In this document: positions 6,900-16,050 of the stretch, in pieces
Layout of the letters: every line of letters starts with the position of its first letter
Numbering within the stretch: position 1 is the first letter of the stretch
Source: a bacterium
Lineage (GTDB): Bacteria; Patescibacteriota; Minisyncoccia; JBBINA01
Length of the DNA stretch: 64,000 nt
NCBI GenBank assembly: GCA_037444125.1
Contig: JBBINA010000004.1
Span: 1,582-65,581 of the forward strand
Direction of reading: 5' to 3'
Program-made: the position numbers and the translations under genes
Notes under the pieces: model-generated
Database searches by the model: none
What the model was told of the DNA's origin: nothing
What the model saw: only the letters and a program-made list of their open reading frames with translations

Positions 6900-7940
6900 C
6901 TATGCATATCCTCGTTTGTATTTTCGTACTTTTTCAATCAAGTAATTAAGCCAGTATTTTTTTGTTAAGGGGTAATCTTGGGTAGGCAGGCATTCGTAGT
7001 ATGAGCCGCCGAAGCCGGTTTTAAAGAAAGTAAGCCCCTGCCAAGGGTGGTTGGTTTTATTTGGCGGCGCAATGCCCCACATATTATATGAAGTGCAGCC
7101 GCGTTTTTTTGCTTCCTGGATTATTTCCCAGTGCAAAAGATAACTTGCCGGTATTTTAGAAAAAATGGATAAGCTCCCTCCATGGTGATAATAGGCAGTA
7201 TTTTGATAGAAAATTATCATAGCTGCTGACAGGTTTGTATTTTGGTAGCGGGAAAAAAATAAAAGCACTTGGTTATTTCGGGCAAAAATTTTAAACTCGT
7301 TTTTCAAAAAGGAATAGTTATATGGCGTGAACTTATGACGTTTAGCGGTTTCAAGATATATTTTATAAAAGCCATTTAAGGAGCTTGGTTTTTGCGAAGT
7401 TACTATAGTTACGCCATCTTTGATGGCTTTACGAATAGAGTAACGGTGAACCTTGCGCATATTTTTGAGTAGTTCCTCTTCGCTTTTAGATATATCAACA
7501 AGCCAAAAATTTTCCGTAAAAACAAAAAGTGGCGCGTTTTTGAAACCAATTTCTTTAAATAAACTTATGTTGGTAATCGTATTAGGCAAAAGACTGTTTA
7601 TTCTGACGAAATCAACTTTCTGTTGCTGACAAAATTTGATTATACTAAGTATGGAGGATTTAATCAGTGTATTTTTTGTGCGCTCCGTTAGTTCGTTTTC
7701 ATTTATAAGAGGCCCATGGGGTGCATAAAGAAATGTACCTCTTTTTGCGCTGATTTTATATAAAAAAATAATACCTACTATCCCCTTTTTGTTGAGGATA
7801 GCGAATCTCCAAATAGGATAACCTTCTTCTTTAAGAATTTGACCAAAATCCCATGATTGTAGAAAGGTTTTATGGCCCGAATAATTTTCTATAAATTTTT
7901 CCCAGACTTTCTTGTTATTTATAGGGCTTAGTTTTATCAT
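6900..7940 (-). CDS. FemAB-family aminoacyltransferase (peptidoglycan interpeptide-bridge formation, FemX/MurM-like)
   Basis: Motifs WEKFIENYSGHKTFLQSWDFGQI, YAPHGP, HRYSIRKA and FKTGFGG, over a 346-aa length typical of FemABX. Confidence 0.75.
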   Translation of the reverse strand: MIKLSPINNKKVWEKFIENYSGHKTFLQSWDFGQILKEEGYPIWRFAILNKKGIVGIIFLYKISAKRGTFLYAPHGPLINENELTERTKNTLIKSSILSIIKFCQQQKVDFVRINSLLPNTITNISLFKEIGFKNAPLFVFTENFWLVDISKSEEELLKNMRKVHRYSIRKAIKDGVTIVTSQKPSSLNGFYKIYLETAKRHKFTPYNYSFLKNEFKIFARNNQVLLFFSRYQNTNLSAAMIIFYQNTAYYHHGGSLSIFSKIPASYLLHWEIIQEAKKRGCTSYNMWGIAPPNKTNHPWQGLTFFKTGFGGSYYECLPTQDYPLTKKYWLNYLIEKVRKYKRGYA

Positions 7941-7977
7941 TGTGTCCTTTTTGAATTATGTCGCATAATTATTAGGC

Positions 7978-9231
7978 TTAAATAAAGCATTTTTTAATTA
8001 TTCTAATTAATTGTTCAGCTGTTTCTAAAGAGATATTAATATGAGTAGGTAAGTTGATGATGTTATTGCCTACTTTTTCAGCATTAGGGCAGGAGCCGAT
8101 TTGATAATTTATAGATTTAAAATTAACTCCATAGGGAGCAATTGCTTCTTCATACCAGTCGCCAAGATATATATTGTTTTTTTTACAAACCTTATATATA
8201 AGTTCACTTTTTGAACTAAGCAGGGGAAATCGGAGGAGCGGTGTTTTGTGAATTAATGTAGGTAATTTAATATCGCCGATGTTTTTTAAATTTTCCAAAT
8301 AGAACTCAGTAAGTTTGAGGCGATGATTATTATAAAGATTTATTTTTTTGAGCTGGTTTAAAACGAGTTTAGCTAGTATATTCGGATATTTTTTAAGTAA
8401 GAATCTTGGTATTACTCCTTTTATTTTTTCTTGCTTAAAGACAGAACGTGGGATTATTTTGAAATAAAGCAATGCTTTGAGTAAAATTATGCCTAAATTG
8501 AATATGTTATATAGGGGTAGAACTAGGCAATTTAACAAAATTGGATGCAGAAGCGTGCTAAAAATGAATAAAAACGAAGGAAAGTCAAGTTTATCGTAAT
8601 TTGTTTTTAATTTTTTGGCTAAAACAGTGTTATTTATGACAAGGGCGCCTCCGAATATTGAGCTGAATGTCTTATCTCTTCCAAAACTATATATGACAGC
8701 GTGGTTTTGATAGGTTTTGTTTTGAAAAGGAGGCATTCTGAGCGGGTCTAAAATGTGCGCCGAATCTTCAATTAAGAATAAACCGTATTTCTTGCAGATA
8801 GCGATTGCTTTATTTATATCTGCTGGGATGCCAAAAGTATGTTGAATGATTATGGCTTTTGTTTTTGGCGTTATAAGTTTTTCCACTTTTGATAAATCCA
8901 TAGTGTAGCCATTTGGTTCTATGTCAACATAAATTGGTTTTAAACCGGCAGAAATAATGGCTTCCGGTACAGCTACGCAGGTAAAAGATTGCAATAATAT
9001 TTCATCGCCCTGTTTAAAACCTATATGTTTTAAAAGAAAAAATAACGCCGTTCGACCGCTGATAAACAAAAAAATATGTTTGGCTTTTAGGTAATTAAGA
9101 ATTAAATTTTCAAGTTTTTTAAGGTCAGGTCCGTTGTGGTATTTTGATGTTTGCCAAAGGCTTTTAAAAGCAAGCCAGACATCATCTGTTTGAGTGTTGG
9201 GTGAAAGCGAGATTGTAATTGGCTTTTGCAT
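7978..9231 (-). CDS. DegT/DnrJ/EryC1/StrS-family PLP-dependent aminotransferase
   Basis: Motifs SGRTALFFLL, IEDSAH and YSFGRDK (Lys region). About 400 aa. Confidence 0.75.
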   Translation of the reverse strand: MQKPITISLSPNTQTDDVWLAFKSLWQTSKYHNGPDLKKLENLILNYLKAKHIFLFISGRTALFFLLKHIGFKQGDEILLQSFTCVAVPEAIISAGLKPIYVDIEPNGYTMDLSKVEKLITPKTKAIIIQHTFGIPADINKAIAICKKYGLFLIEDSAHILDPLRMPPFQNKTYQNHAVIYSFGRDKTFSSIFGGALVINNTVLAKKLKTNYDKLDFPSFLFIFSTLLHPILLNCLVLPLYNIFNLGIILLKALLYFKIIPRSVFKQEKIKGVIPRFLLKKYPNILAKLVLNQLKKINLYNNHRLKLTEFYLENLKNIGDIKLPTLIHKTPLLRFPLLSSKSELIYKVCKKNNIYLGDWYEEAIAPYGVNFKSINYQIGSCPNAEKVGNNIINLPTHINISLETAEQLIRIIKKCFI

Positions 9232-9442
9232 ATTATTTCATTATACAAAGAATCTAGTTAAAATCAAAAAGAGCCGGGTGATCTTATATATAATGTTCAG
9301 TTCCGGAGTAAGGATTTACTTTGAAATTTACCTAAATTAGTTGAGTTCGAATTTTGTTTAGCTTGCTAAGTTTATTATTTAAAAAATGGGAAATATTTTG
9401 TAGCAAGATTTTTGTTGATGTTTTGATGAAAAAGTTAAATCT

Positions 9443-9531
9443 TGGTGCCCGGGGTGGGACTCGAACCCACACGGTCAATTGTGACCACTGGATTTTAAGT
9501 CCAGGCTGTCTACCAATTCCAGCACCCGGGC
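9443..9531 (-). tRNA. tRNA-Leu (anticodon UAA), long variable arm, CCA encoded
   Basis: Reverse complement gcccgggtgctggaattggtagacagcctggacttaaaatccagtggtcacaattgaccgtgtgggttcgagtcccaccccgggcacca. Anticodon loop CUUAAAA. Confidence 0.85.
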
Positions 9532-9557
9532 GTGTAAAATTTTCTTAAATTTTGTTG

Positions 9558-9629
9558 AGGCCACGGTGGGAATCGAACCCACGTATAAGAGTTTTGCAGA
9601 CTCCTGCCTTACCACTTGGCTACGTGGCC
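9558..9629 (-). tRNA. tRNA-Cys (anticodon GCA)
   Basis: Reverse complement ggccacgtagccaagtggtaaggcaggagtctgcaaaactcttatacgtgggttcgattcccaccgtggcct. Anticodon loop CUGCAAA, discriminator U. Confidence 0.85.
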
Positions 9630-9635
9630 ATTTGT

Positions 9636-9962
9636 CTAATGCAGGATTTTATATATATTTTGGACGCTATTTTGTGAGATGTCAAGGACAAAGCTTAATT
9701 TTGGGACAATTTTGAAAGGCATTCGTTTGTTGAATATTTGCTGAAGCTGATAGATTTGACTGTTAAGCTGGTGTAAGACTTTTTTACTAAGTTTATCTGG
9801 ATAGATAGCTACAAAAATTTTAGCATGACTCGTATCGTTAGAAACTTCAGTTCTAATGACACTTAAAAACGTTCCTCTTTCTAGGTCAACATTCTGCCGT
9901 AGGATGTTAGCCATTTCTCTATGAACAAGTGAATTGAATTTTTCAAGACGATATTTTTTCAT
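9636..9962 (-). CDS. rbfA: Ribosome-binding factor A
   Basis: RLEKFNSLVHREMANILRQ...SHAKIFVAIYP matches the RbfA signature. Immediately downstream of infB, the conserved gene order. Confidence 0.8.
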   Translation of the reverse strand: MKKYRLEKFNSLVHREMANILRQNVDLERGTFLSVIRTEVSNDTSHAKIFVAIYPDKLSKKVLHQLNSQIYQLQQIFNKRMPFKIVPKLSFVLDISQNSVQNIYKILH

Positions 9963-9976
9963 TTAAATTAAGTGAA

Positions 9977-11722
9977 TCAAATTTCTGGTTCAATTGTTTT
10001 TTCTTCATAAACTAACAATTCATCGTTTAAAGCTATTTTAATATCAGAGTGTATCATTATACCAAATTCGCGGTCATTTTCAATTTCATTAAGTTTTACT
10101 TTATTTTGTTCCAAATCAAGTATTTTACCGTCGCCTATTTTAAAAGATCTTCTTAAAATTTCGAAGCGACATGTTTTCTTAGCCTTATTTTTTGAATCCA
10201 TTTTGGCTCCTAAGATTTGATAATCTTTTTCTTGACGGAAAATTTTAATTATTTTTATGCAGCCTATATAATTTTTGACTGTTTCCTTTTTAATATTTTG
10301 GTGAATTAGCTCATAAATATTTTTCTCCATTTCATAAATAATTTCATACAAGAAGCATTTTACTTTGAGTTCTTCGGCTTTTGATTTAGCTTCTTTGGTT
10401 ATTTTTATTTTAAAACCCAAGATGAGTGAATTAGTTGAATCAGCGAAGAGTACATCATTAAAATTTATATCACCGATATCGATGTTGGTTATATTGATAA
10501 AGCTATTCTTGAGCTTAAGGTTTTTAAGAAGGTTAAGTATGGCATCTTTTAGGGCGTGACTAGGTACTTTTATTAGAATATTAAGGGAATATTTGCCATT
10601 AGGGTTTCCAAAAATAATATTTTCTTTCTTCGGTTTTGGCCTTTGCGAGATTTCTTGTTTTAGGTTTTCAAATTCGTCTTCATTTTCAACTATATAAAAT
10701 TTTTCGCCGATGTCAGGAATATTTTGAAATCCATAGATTCTTAATGGTTTAGGCCCTATTGCTTTAGTAAGTTGGCGAGAAAAACTATCTTCAATTTTTT
10801 TAATTTTACCGAAGCTTGTGTCGGAAACAATATAGTCGCCGATTTTGAGACGACCATTTTTTAGGATGATATCCGTTTTTATGCCGGTTTTAGAGTCTTC
10901 GTAAGCCGAGACAACAAATCCCGAACCGGGCGCTTGTTTATTTACTTTCAAATTAGCTAATTTACCCAATAAAATTACCAATTCTAAAAGTTCGTCAACA
11001 CCTTTACCTGTTATGGCAGAAATATTGACTGATGGTATATCGCCGCCCATATCTTCAGTTTGTATGCCGACCTTAAGAAGTTCATTCTTAACTTTTTGCG
11101 GGTTAGCTCCGGATTTATCTATTTTATTAATGGCGATGACAAACGGCACTTTGGAATTTTGGAGGACATTTAAAGATTCAATTGTTTGGTCTTTTAACCC
11201 TTCAGTAGCATCTATAATGAGAATACCTACATCGGCAATTTTAGAGCCGTAAGTTCTTAATTTGCTAAAAGCTTGGTGTCCGGGGGTATCAATAAAGATT
11301 ATTTTTTCATTGTTATATTCAGCCTCGTAAGCGCCAATGTCTTGGGTTATGCCGCCGATTTCTTTTTCAGCTATTCTGGTTTGACGAATATAGTCAAGTA
11401 ATGTTGTTTTGCCATGATCTACTTGTCCTAGCGCCACTACTACTGGCGGTCTTTCTGTTTCCTGTAGTTCAATATTGATTGAGGGCAAATTTTTTACAGT
11501 TGTTTGGACATTAAGGGCTATTTTTTTTGAGCTTATTGGTTTAGTAGGTTGTTTTATTGTAATTTCTGCAGTTTTATGAGCTTGAGGATTTGTTTGAGTT
11601 GTTTTTATTGTATCAACAACAGAACTGCTTTTTTTCTGCAGTTTTTTTGGTTTAGAGGTTTTTGACTTTTTTGTCTTTTCAATTTGTTTGGCCTTTGTTT
11701 TTTTTGTTGTCCTTTTTAACAT
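9977..11722 (-). CDS. infB: Translation initiation factor IF-2
   Basis: G-domain GQVDHGKTTLLDYIR, DTPGH and NKIDK, plus IF-2 C-terminal domains. The track start at 11758 is TTG; the first ATG is at 11722 (MLKRTTKK...). Confidence 0.9.
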   Translation of the reverse strand: MLKRTTKKTKAKQIEKTKKSKTSKPKKLQKKSSSVVDTIKTTQTNPQAHKTAEITIKQPTKPISSKKIALNVQTTVKNLPSINIELQETERPPVVVALGQVDHGKTTLLDYIRQTRIAEKEIGGITQDIGAYEAEYNNEKIIFIDTPGHQAFSKLRTYGSKIADVGILIIDATEGLKDQTIESLNVLQNSKVPFVIAINKIDKSGANPQKVKNELLKVGIQTEDMGGDIPSVNISAITGKGVDELLELVILLGKLANLKVNKQAPGSGFVVSAYEDSKTGIKTDIILKNGRLKIGDYIVSDTSFGKIKKIEDSFSRQLTKAIGPKPLRIYGFQNIPDIGEKFYIVENEDEFENLKQEISQRPKPKKENIIFGNPNGKYSLNILIKVPSHALKDAILNLLKNLKLKNSFINITNIDIGDINFNDVLFADSTNSLILGFKIKITKEAKSKAEELKVKCFLYEIIYEMEKNIYELIHQNIKKETVKNYIGCIKIIKIFRQEKDYQILGAKMDSKNKAKKTCRFEILRRSFKIGDGKILDLEQNKVKLNEIENDREFGIMIHSDIKIALNDELLVYEEKTIEPEI

Positions 11723-12057
11723 AAGTATAATACTACCAGATTGACTGATTAATTGCAATTCTAGTGCGAAAAAAAGGCGGTTAGGAATTTTTAAAGTTGT
11801 TTTACTTAGTTCAAATTTTTCGTTTTGTAAAAAAAATCTTTTTTCGAGTTCGTAGTTTTTTCAACAGGAAGGTATCATCTTATAGGGTAAAGTTTGGAAA
11901 ATGAGACTTTCCTTTCATCTAATCTAAAAGTATTCATCGTCTTCAGACGAGGAGGCGATGCGCTAGCTAAGGCAGAACCAGAAAGAATTTCTTTCTGGCG
12001 AGGAGAGAGATTTTTGCCAAAGCCACCGCCTTCTCGCCTGAAAAACTTTTTCTTTAT

Positions 12058-12086
12058 TTTATAAGAGCTTTATATAAATTTGTCAA
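12058..12086 (-). promoter_or_regulatory. Candidate sigma70 promoter TTGACA - 17 nt - TATAAA upstream of a structured roughly 330-nt infB leader
   Basis: Minus-strand read ttgacaaatttatataaagctctTATAAA. The leader has GC-rich hairpins (ccagaaaga-att-tctttctgg, cgtct-tca-gacg, ggcgaggag...cttctcgcc) and a CCUCC anti-SD-like tract. Confidence 0.45.
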
Positions 12087-12167
12087 AAACAAAAAAGCGC
12101 TTTTGTGACCTTCTTTTTATTTTTCCATTGTTTCCAATTTTCTTCTCGCAAGGGGTACCATTTTCTG

Positions 12168-12250
12168 CGGAAGGGGTGGGACTCGAACCCACACGGATAT
12201 ACACCCACCGGTTTTCGAGACCGGCCCCTTACCATTCGGGACACCCTTCC
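12168..12250 (-). tRNA. tRNA-Ser (anticodon CGA), long variable arm
   Basis: Reverse complement ggaagggtgtcccgaatggtaaggggccggtctcgaaaaccggtgggtgtatatccgtgtgggttcgagtcccaccccttccg. Anticodon loop CUCGAAA, discriminator G. Confidence 0.75.
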
Positions 12251-12321
12251 TGAAATATTTTTTTAATTTTACATTATTATTTAGTTCAATTTAAAAAAAC
12301 TTTTTGAGGCTTAATTATTTG

Positions 12322-12394
12322 TGGGTCCCCCGGGAATCGAACCCGGAACCTCTGGCTTAAAAGGCCATTGCTCTACCAGTTGAGCTAGGGACCC
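12322..12394 (-). tRNA. tRNA-Lys (anticodon UUU)
   Basis: Reverse complement gggtccctagctcaactggtagagcaatggccttttaagccagaggttccgggttcgattcccgggggaccca. Anticodon loop CUUUUAA. Confidence 0.85.
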
Positions 12395-12460
12395 ATTACA
12401 AAAAAAACTTTGTTTTTTATTGTATAATATTTTTAGCTTGATTGCAATAAAATTTATTGG

Positions 12461-12835
12461 TTAGGGGCAATTTGGATACTTTACATAACCTGAGGATATA
12501 GCTTGCATTTCATTCTCAAACCAGATTTTATTTTCATTTTTAATTTTTTTACCGTTAGTACATAATTTTGGATAGTAATATTTACCTGATTTAGAGGCGA
12601 AAAAGTCGCCATCTGTTGGTGGATTATTGATTGTTTTAAATAGCTTATCATAAATTTCATCAGAAGATAAAGATGGATGCGAATTTATTATATTTATTTC
12701 TAAATCTTTATAACGATTGTAAAGATAAAAACCTAAAAGCGCGGAGCTGAAAACAAGAAAAACCAAAATAAAGTTTATGATACTAGATTCGTTTTTATAA
12801 ACCCTGATGATAAATTTTTGAATTATATTTTTCAT
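12461..12835 (-). CDS. Membrane-anchored protein with a C-terminal Ada-like Cys-rich (Zn-binding) domain
   Basis: N-terminal TM helix. The C-terminal DFFASKSGKYYYPKLCTNGKKIKNENKIWFENEMQAISSGYVKYPNC resembles the Ada N-terminal metal-binding domain pattern (YCrPsC...F...A...G.rpC). Confidence 0.45.
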   Translation of the reverse strand: MKNIIQKFIIRVYKNESSIINFILVFLVFSSALLGFYLYNRYKDLEINIINSHPSLSSDEIYDKLFKTINNPPTDGDFFASKSGKYYYPKLCTNGKKIKNENKIWFENEMQAISSGYVKYPNCP

Positions 12836-12912
12836 CTAATTTTATGGAAATATTGCAAAAAGTGAAAAAATTGATTAAGATTAAATTTAAGTAATTACTT
12901 GTTTTTTTATTT

Positions 12913-13191
12913 ATGGCTTCTAAAGGAGCAAAAAAACAAACTGGCGGTAATCGAGATTCTTTACCTAAATACTTAGGAGTTAAAGCGTTTGATGGCGAGG
13001 TGGTTAATCCGGGTAATATTATTGTACGCCAAAGAGGCAGTTATTTTAAGCCGGGAATTGGTACACGTATCGGTAGAGATGATACTATTTATGCCGTCCA
13101 AAAAGGAAGAGTCAAAATTAGAACTAAAAAAGTAATTAGTTTTACCGGTAAGCCGTTAGTGCGAAAAATTGTTGAAGTTCACAAGGTTTGA
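12913..13191 (+). CDS. rpmA: 50S ribosomal protein L27
   Basis: GGNRDSLPKYLGVKAFDGEVVNPGNIIVRQRGSYFKPG matches the L27 signature. Ends with TGA. Confidence 0.9.
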   Translation: MASKGAKKQTGGNRDSLPKYLGVKAFDGEVVNPGNIIVRQRGSYFKPGIGTRIGRDDTIYAVQKGRVKIRTKKVISFTGKPLVRKIVEVHKV

Positions 13192-13193
13192 GT

Positions 13194-14831
13194 TTATTGA
13201 TTAAAGTTGAGAGTGCTTTTAATAAAACCTATAAACAAAGGATGAGGATTCAGGGGTCTTGAGCGTAGTTCCGGATGGAATTGAACGCCTATAAAGAATG
13301 GGTGTTTTTTTAGTTCAATTATTTCAATTAGGTTTCGTTGGGGATTAATGCCGGAAAAAACCATTCCCTTATCTTCGAATTCTTTAAGATAATAGTTATT
13401 AAATTCGTATCTGTGGCGGTGCCGTTCTTTTATTAGTTTTTGTTTATAAAGTTGGAAGGCAAGACTGTTTTCTTTAATAAGACAATCGTATACTCCGAGG
13501 CGCATAGAGGCGCCGTAATTTTTCATCCGTAAATTTATTTTTTGGTCAGGCAATATGTCAATAATAGGATGTTTAGTGTTTGGATTTACTTCTGTGGTAT
13601 TTGCATCTTGAAAATTGAGGACATTTCGCGCAAATTCAACGCAGGCAAGCTGCATTCCATAACAAAGACCAAGATAGGGAATGTTATTTTCTCGTACAAA
13701 CTTAATGGCTTTAATTTTGCCTTCGACTCCTCTTGCGCCGAAGCCGCCCGGCACAATAACGCCGTGGTAGTTTTTTAAATTTTTTGTTTCAGCAGGATTT
13801 TTTTCGAAGATCTCGCTGTTAATCCAGTTTATTTTAGGGAAACATTTCCATTCAAAAGCAGCGTGTTTAAGTGCTTCAATAACTGAAATATATGAATCTT
13901 CTAAGGCAAAATCACCGATTTCAAAATATTTACCGACTATACCAATTTTTATTTCACGGGAAAAAGATTTTATTTTTTTATTTATAAATTGTTGCCAAGG
14001 GGTAAGGTCTGCTTTCTTTTTTCGTATTTGGAAATATCTAAAGATTTGTTGGGTAACGTTTTCTTTTTCTAAAATTATTGGTACTTCATATATAGATGTG
14101 CTGGCATCGGGGCAGGATATTATGTTGGGTATAGGAACATTACAAAAAACTGATATTTTCCTTTTACGCGGCAGGTCCAGCGATTTTTCTGAACGGCCTA
14201 TGATCATATCGGCAGTGAGGCCGGCTTCGTTGAGGGTTCGTACTGAATATTGCGTAGGTTTGGTTTTCATTTCGCCCAAATTCTTGGGAATAGGCAAATA
14301 AGAAACCATAATTAGGAAAACATCGTGAGAATGTCTTATTTTAAGAAGGCGAACAGCTTCCAGAAAAATAGAGTTTTGATATTCACCGACAGTTCCGCCA
14401 ATTTCAATCAATAAAAAATCAGGTTTATAGAGTCTGCGCACTAGATAAATGCGTCTCAGTATTTCATACGGAATGTGTGGAATAACTTCGACACATTTGC
14501 CCCCATAGTGCATTTGCCGTTCTTTATTAATAACAGTATAATAAACGCGACCAGTTGTAATAAGATTGTGGGTTGAGCAATTTTGGTTTAAAAACCTTTC
14601 GTAATTGCCGATATCTTGATCGCATTCTGTGCCGTCGTCAGTAACGAAAACCTCGCCGTGCTCAAAAGGATTCATTGTGCCGGCATCTAAGTTTATATAA
14701 GGGTCGCATTTGATAATTTGGACGGAGAACCCGCACGATTTCAAAATGGCACCTAGAGAAGCAGTGACAACTCCTTTACCGATTCCAGACATTACCCCCC
14801 CAACTACAATAATGAAACGAGTTTTAGACAC
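13194..14831 (-). CDS. pyrG: CTP synthase
   Basis: N-terminal FIIVVGGVMSGIGKGVVTASLG...KCDPYINLDAGTMNPFEHGEVFVTDDG and the C-terminal GATase GLCYGMQLACVEFARN. Confidence 0.92.
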   Translation of the reverse strand: MSKTRFIIVVGGVMSGIGKGVVTASLGAILKSCGFSVQIIKCDPYINLDAGTMNPFEHGEVFVTDDGTECDQDIGNYERFLNQNCSTHNLITTGRVYYTVINKERQMHYGGKCVEVIPHIPYEILRRIYLVRRLYKPDFLLIEIGGTVGEYQNSIFLEAVRLLKIRHSHDVFLIMVSYLPIPKNLGEMKTKPTQYSVRTLNEAGLTADMIIGRSEKSLDLPRKRKISVFCNVPIPNIISCPDASTSIYEVPIILEKENVTQQIFRYFQIRKKKADLTPWQQFINKKIKSFSREIKIGIVGKYFEIGDFALEDSYISVIEALKHAAFEWKCFPKINWINSEIFEKNPAETKNLKNYHGVIVPGGFGARGVEGKIKAIKFVRENNIPYLGLCYGMQLACVEFARNVLNFQDANTTEVNPNTKHPIIDILPDQKINLRMKNYGASMRLGVYDCLIKENSLAFQLYKQKLIKERHRHRYEFNNYYLKEFEDKGMVFSGINPQRNLIEIIELKKHPFFIGVQFHPELRSRPLNPHPLFIGFIKSTLNFNQ

Positions 14832-14837
14832 AAATGA

Positions 14838-15374
14838 CTAGAAATAGTTATTTTTAGCACTTGGTTTTTTCTGAGATGATTTGGTAGTTTTGGTTGCTTG
14901 TTTTGCTTTTTTATGGGCTTCAATAAGTAATTGAAGATGAGCTTCGATGTTTTTATGAGGTTTAAATATTATCTCAAAAGTGCCCGTTTTTTTTATTTTT
15001 TCTTTTAAATCAATCTGTTCTTTGCTTAATTCCACATTCTTAAGTGCTGGAATTTGCTCCTTGAGGGCATTAATGATTTCTAGCTTTCTTACTTCGGCAA
15101 AGAGATTACCGTCTTCTTTAACTTCTTTTTGCAAGATTAATTTGTGATTGTTAATGGCTTGTGCTAATTTTCTTAATTGTTCAAGGCTTTTTTCGGCTTC
15201 TTCTTGCAACTTTATTTGGGTCGCTTCCCATTTCTTTAGGTTTTGAGGTGTGCCGAGAATGGCGATTTTTTGCGGGATTAGAAAGTTTTTGGCAAAACCC
15301 ATTTTGACAATTTTTACTTCACCTTGCTTGCCTAAATTTGGCCAGTCTTTTTGGAGAATCACTTTAACTTTCAT
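14838..15374 (-). CDS. rplI: 50S ribosomal protein L9 with a Lys-rich C-terminal extension
   Basis: MKVKVILQKDWPNLGKQGEVKIVKMGFAKNFLIPQKIA matches the L9 N-domain. A 7-nt gap to pyrG suggests an operon. Confidence 0.8.
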   Translation of the reverse strand: MKVKVILQKDWPNLGKQGEVKIVKMGFAKNFLIPQKIAILGTPQNLKKWEATQIKLQEEAEKSLEQLRKLAQAINNHKLILQKEVKEDGNLFAEVRKLEIINALKEQIPALKNVELSKEQIDLKEKIKKTGTFEIIFKPHKNIEAHLQLLIEAHKKAKQATKTTKSSQKKPSAKNNYF

Positions 15375-15509
15375 ATATAATAAATGACATCAAAATATTA
15401 AAGATATATACTATAAAGAAGAAATGAAAAAAATTCAACTACTATTGGATTATCAAGACTAAATGTATTACAATTAGCTAATATTTTGTTAATATTTTGG
15501 AGTTAAAAT

Positions 15510-15962
15510 ATGTCAAAAAAAACTTTAGTTTTAAATAAAGGAGCGAAGTTTAGCTATCAAATTATTGAAAGATTTGAAGCCGGAATAGTTTTATTTGGTT
15601 TTGAAGTAAAATCATTGAAATTGGGGAAGGCTAGTCTTGCTAGTTCATTTGTTTTAATTAAAAATGGCGAAGCCTATTTAGTTGGAACAAAAATTAGTCC
15701 TTATCAAACAGCTAATACTCCGCAGGGTTATTTACCGGAGCGTGATCGCAAGCTCATTTTAAAGAAAAAAGAAATAGTTTATCTTTCTAGTCGAAAAAGC
15801 GAGGGGTTAGTTATTGTACCAGTGAGTATATATATGAAAAAAAATTTAATTAAAGTTGAGATTGCTTTAGCCAAAGCATTAAGACAATATCAGAAGAAGC
15901 AAAAAATTATTGAAAGACAAGTAAGACGGGAAATTGAAAGAGTCAAACGTGGTAAAATTTAA
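15510..15962 (+). CDS. smpB: SsrA-binding protein
   Basis: FSYQIIERFEAGIVLFGFEVKSLKLGKASL...GYLPERDRKLILKKKE matches the SmpB signature. Confidence 0.85.
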   Translation: MSKKTLVLNKGAKFSYQIIERFEAGIVLFGFEVKSLKLGKASLASSFVLIKNGEAYLVGTKISPYQTANTPQGYLPERDRKLILKKKEIVYLSSRKSEGLVIVPVSIYMKKNLIKVEIALAKALRQYQKKQKIIERQVRREIERVKRGKI

Positions 15963-16050
15963 CTACTGTTGATATTATTTTGATTTTATTATTTATTGAT
16001 TTTATTAATTTATTTTGATAAAATAATATAAATTTTTAATTTTGTATGGT

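Noticed and set aside
9354-9548. 64-aa + strand ORF
   Set aside because: It overlaps the tRNA-Leu and tRNA-Cys genes on the opposite strand and has no SD.
11955-11966. SD-ATG-CGC-TAG two-codon start-stop on the plus strand in the infB spacer
   Set aside because: It lies on the strand opposite the tRNA-infB transcription unit with no promoter. It is probably coincidental, because the same bases form the CCUCC tract of the minus-strand leader.
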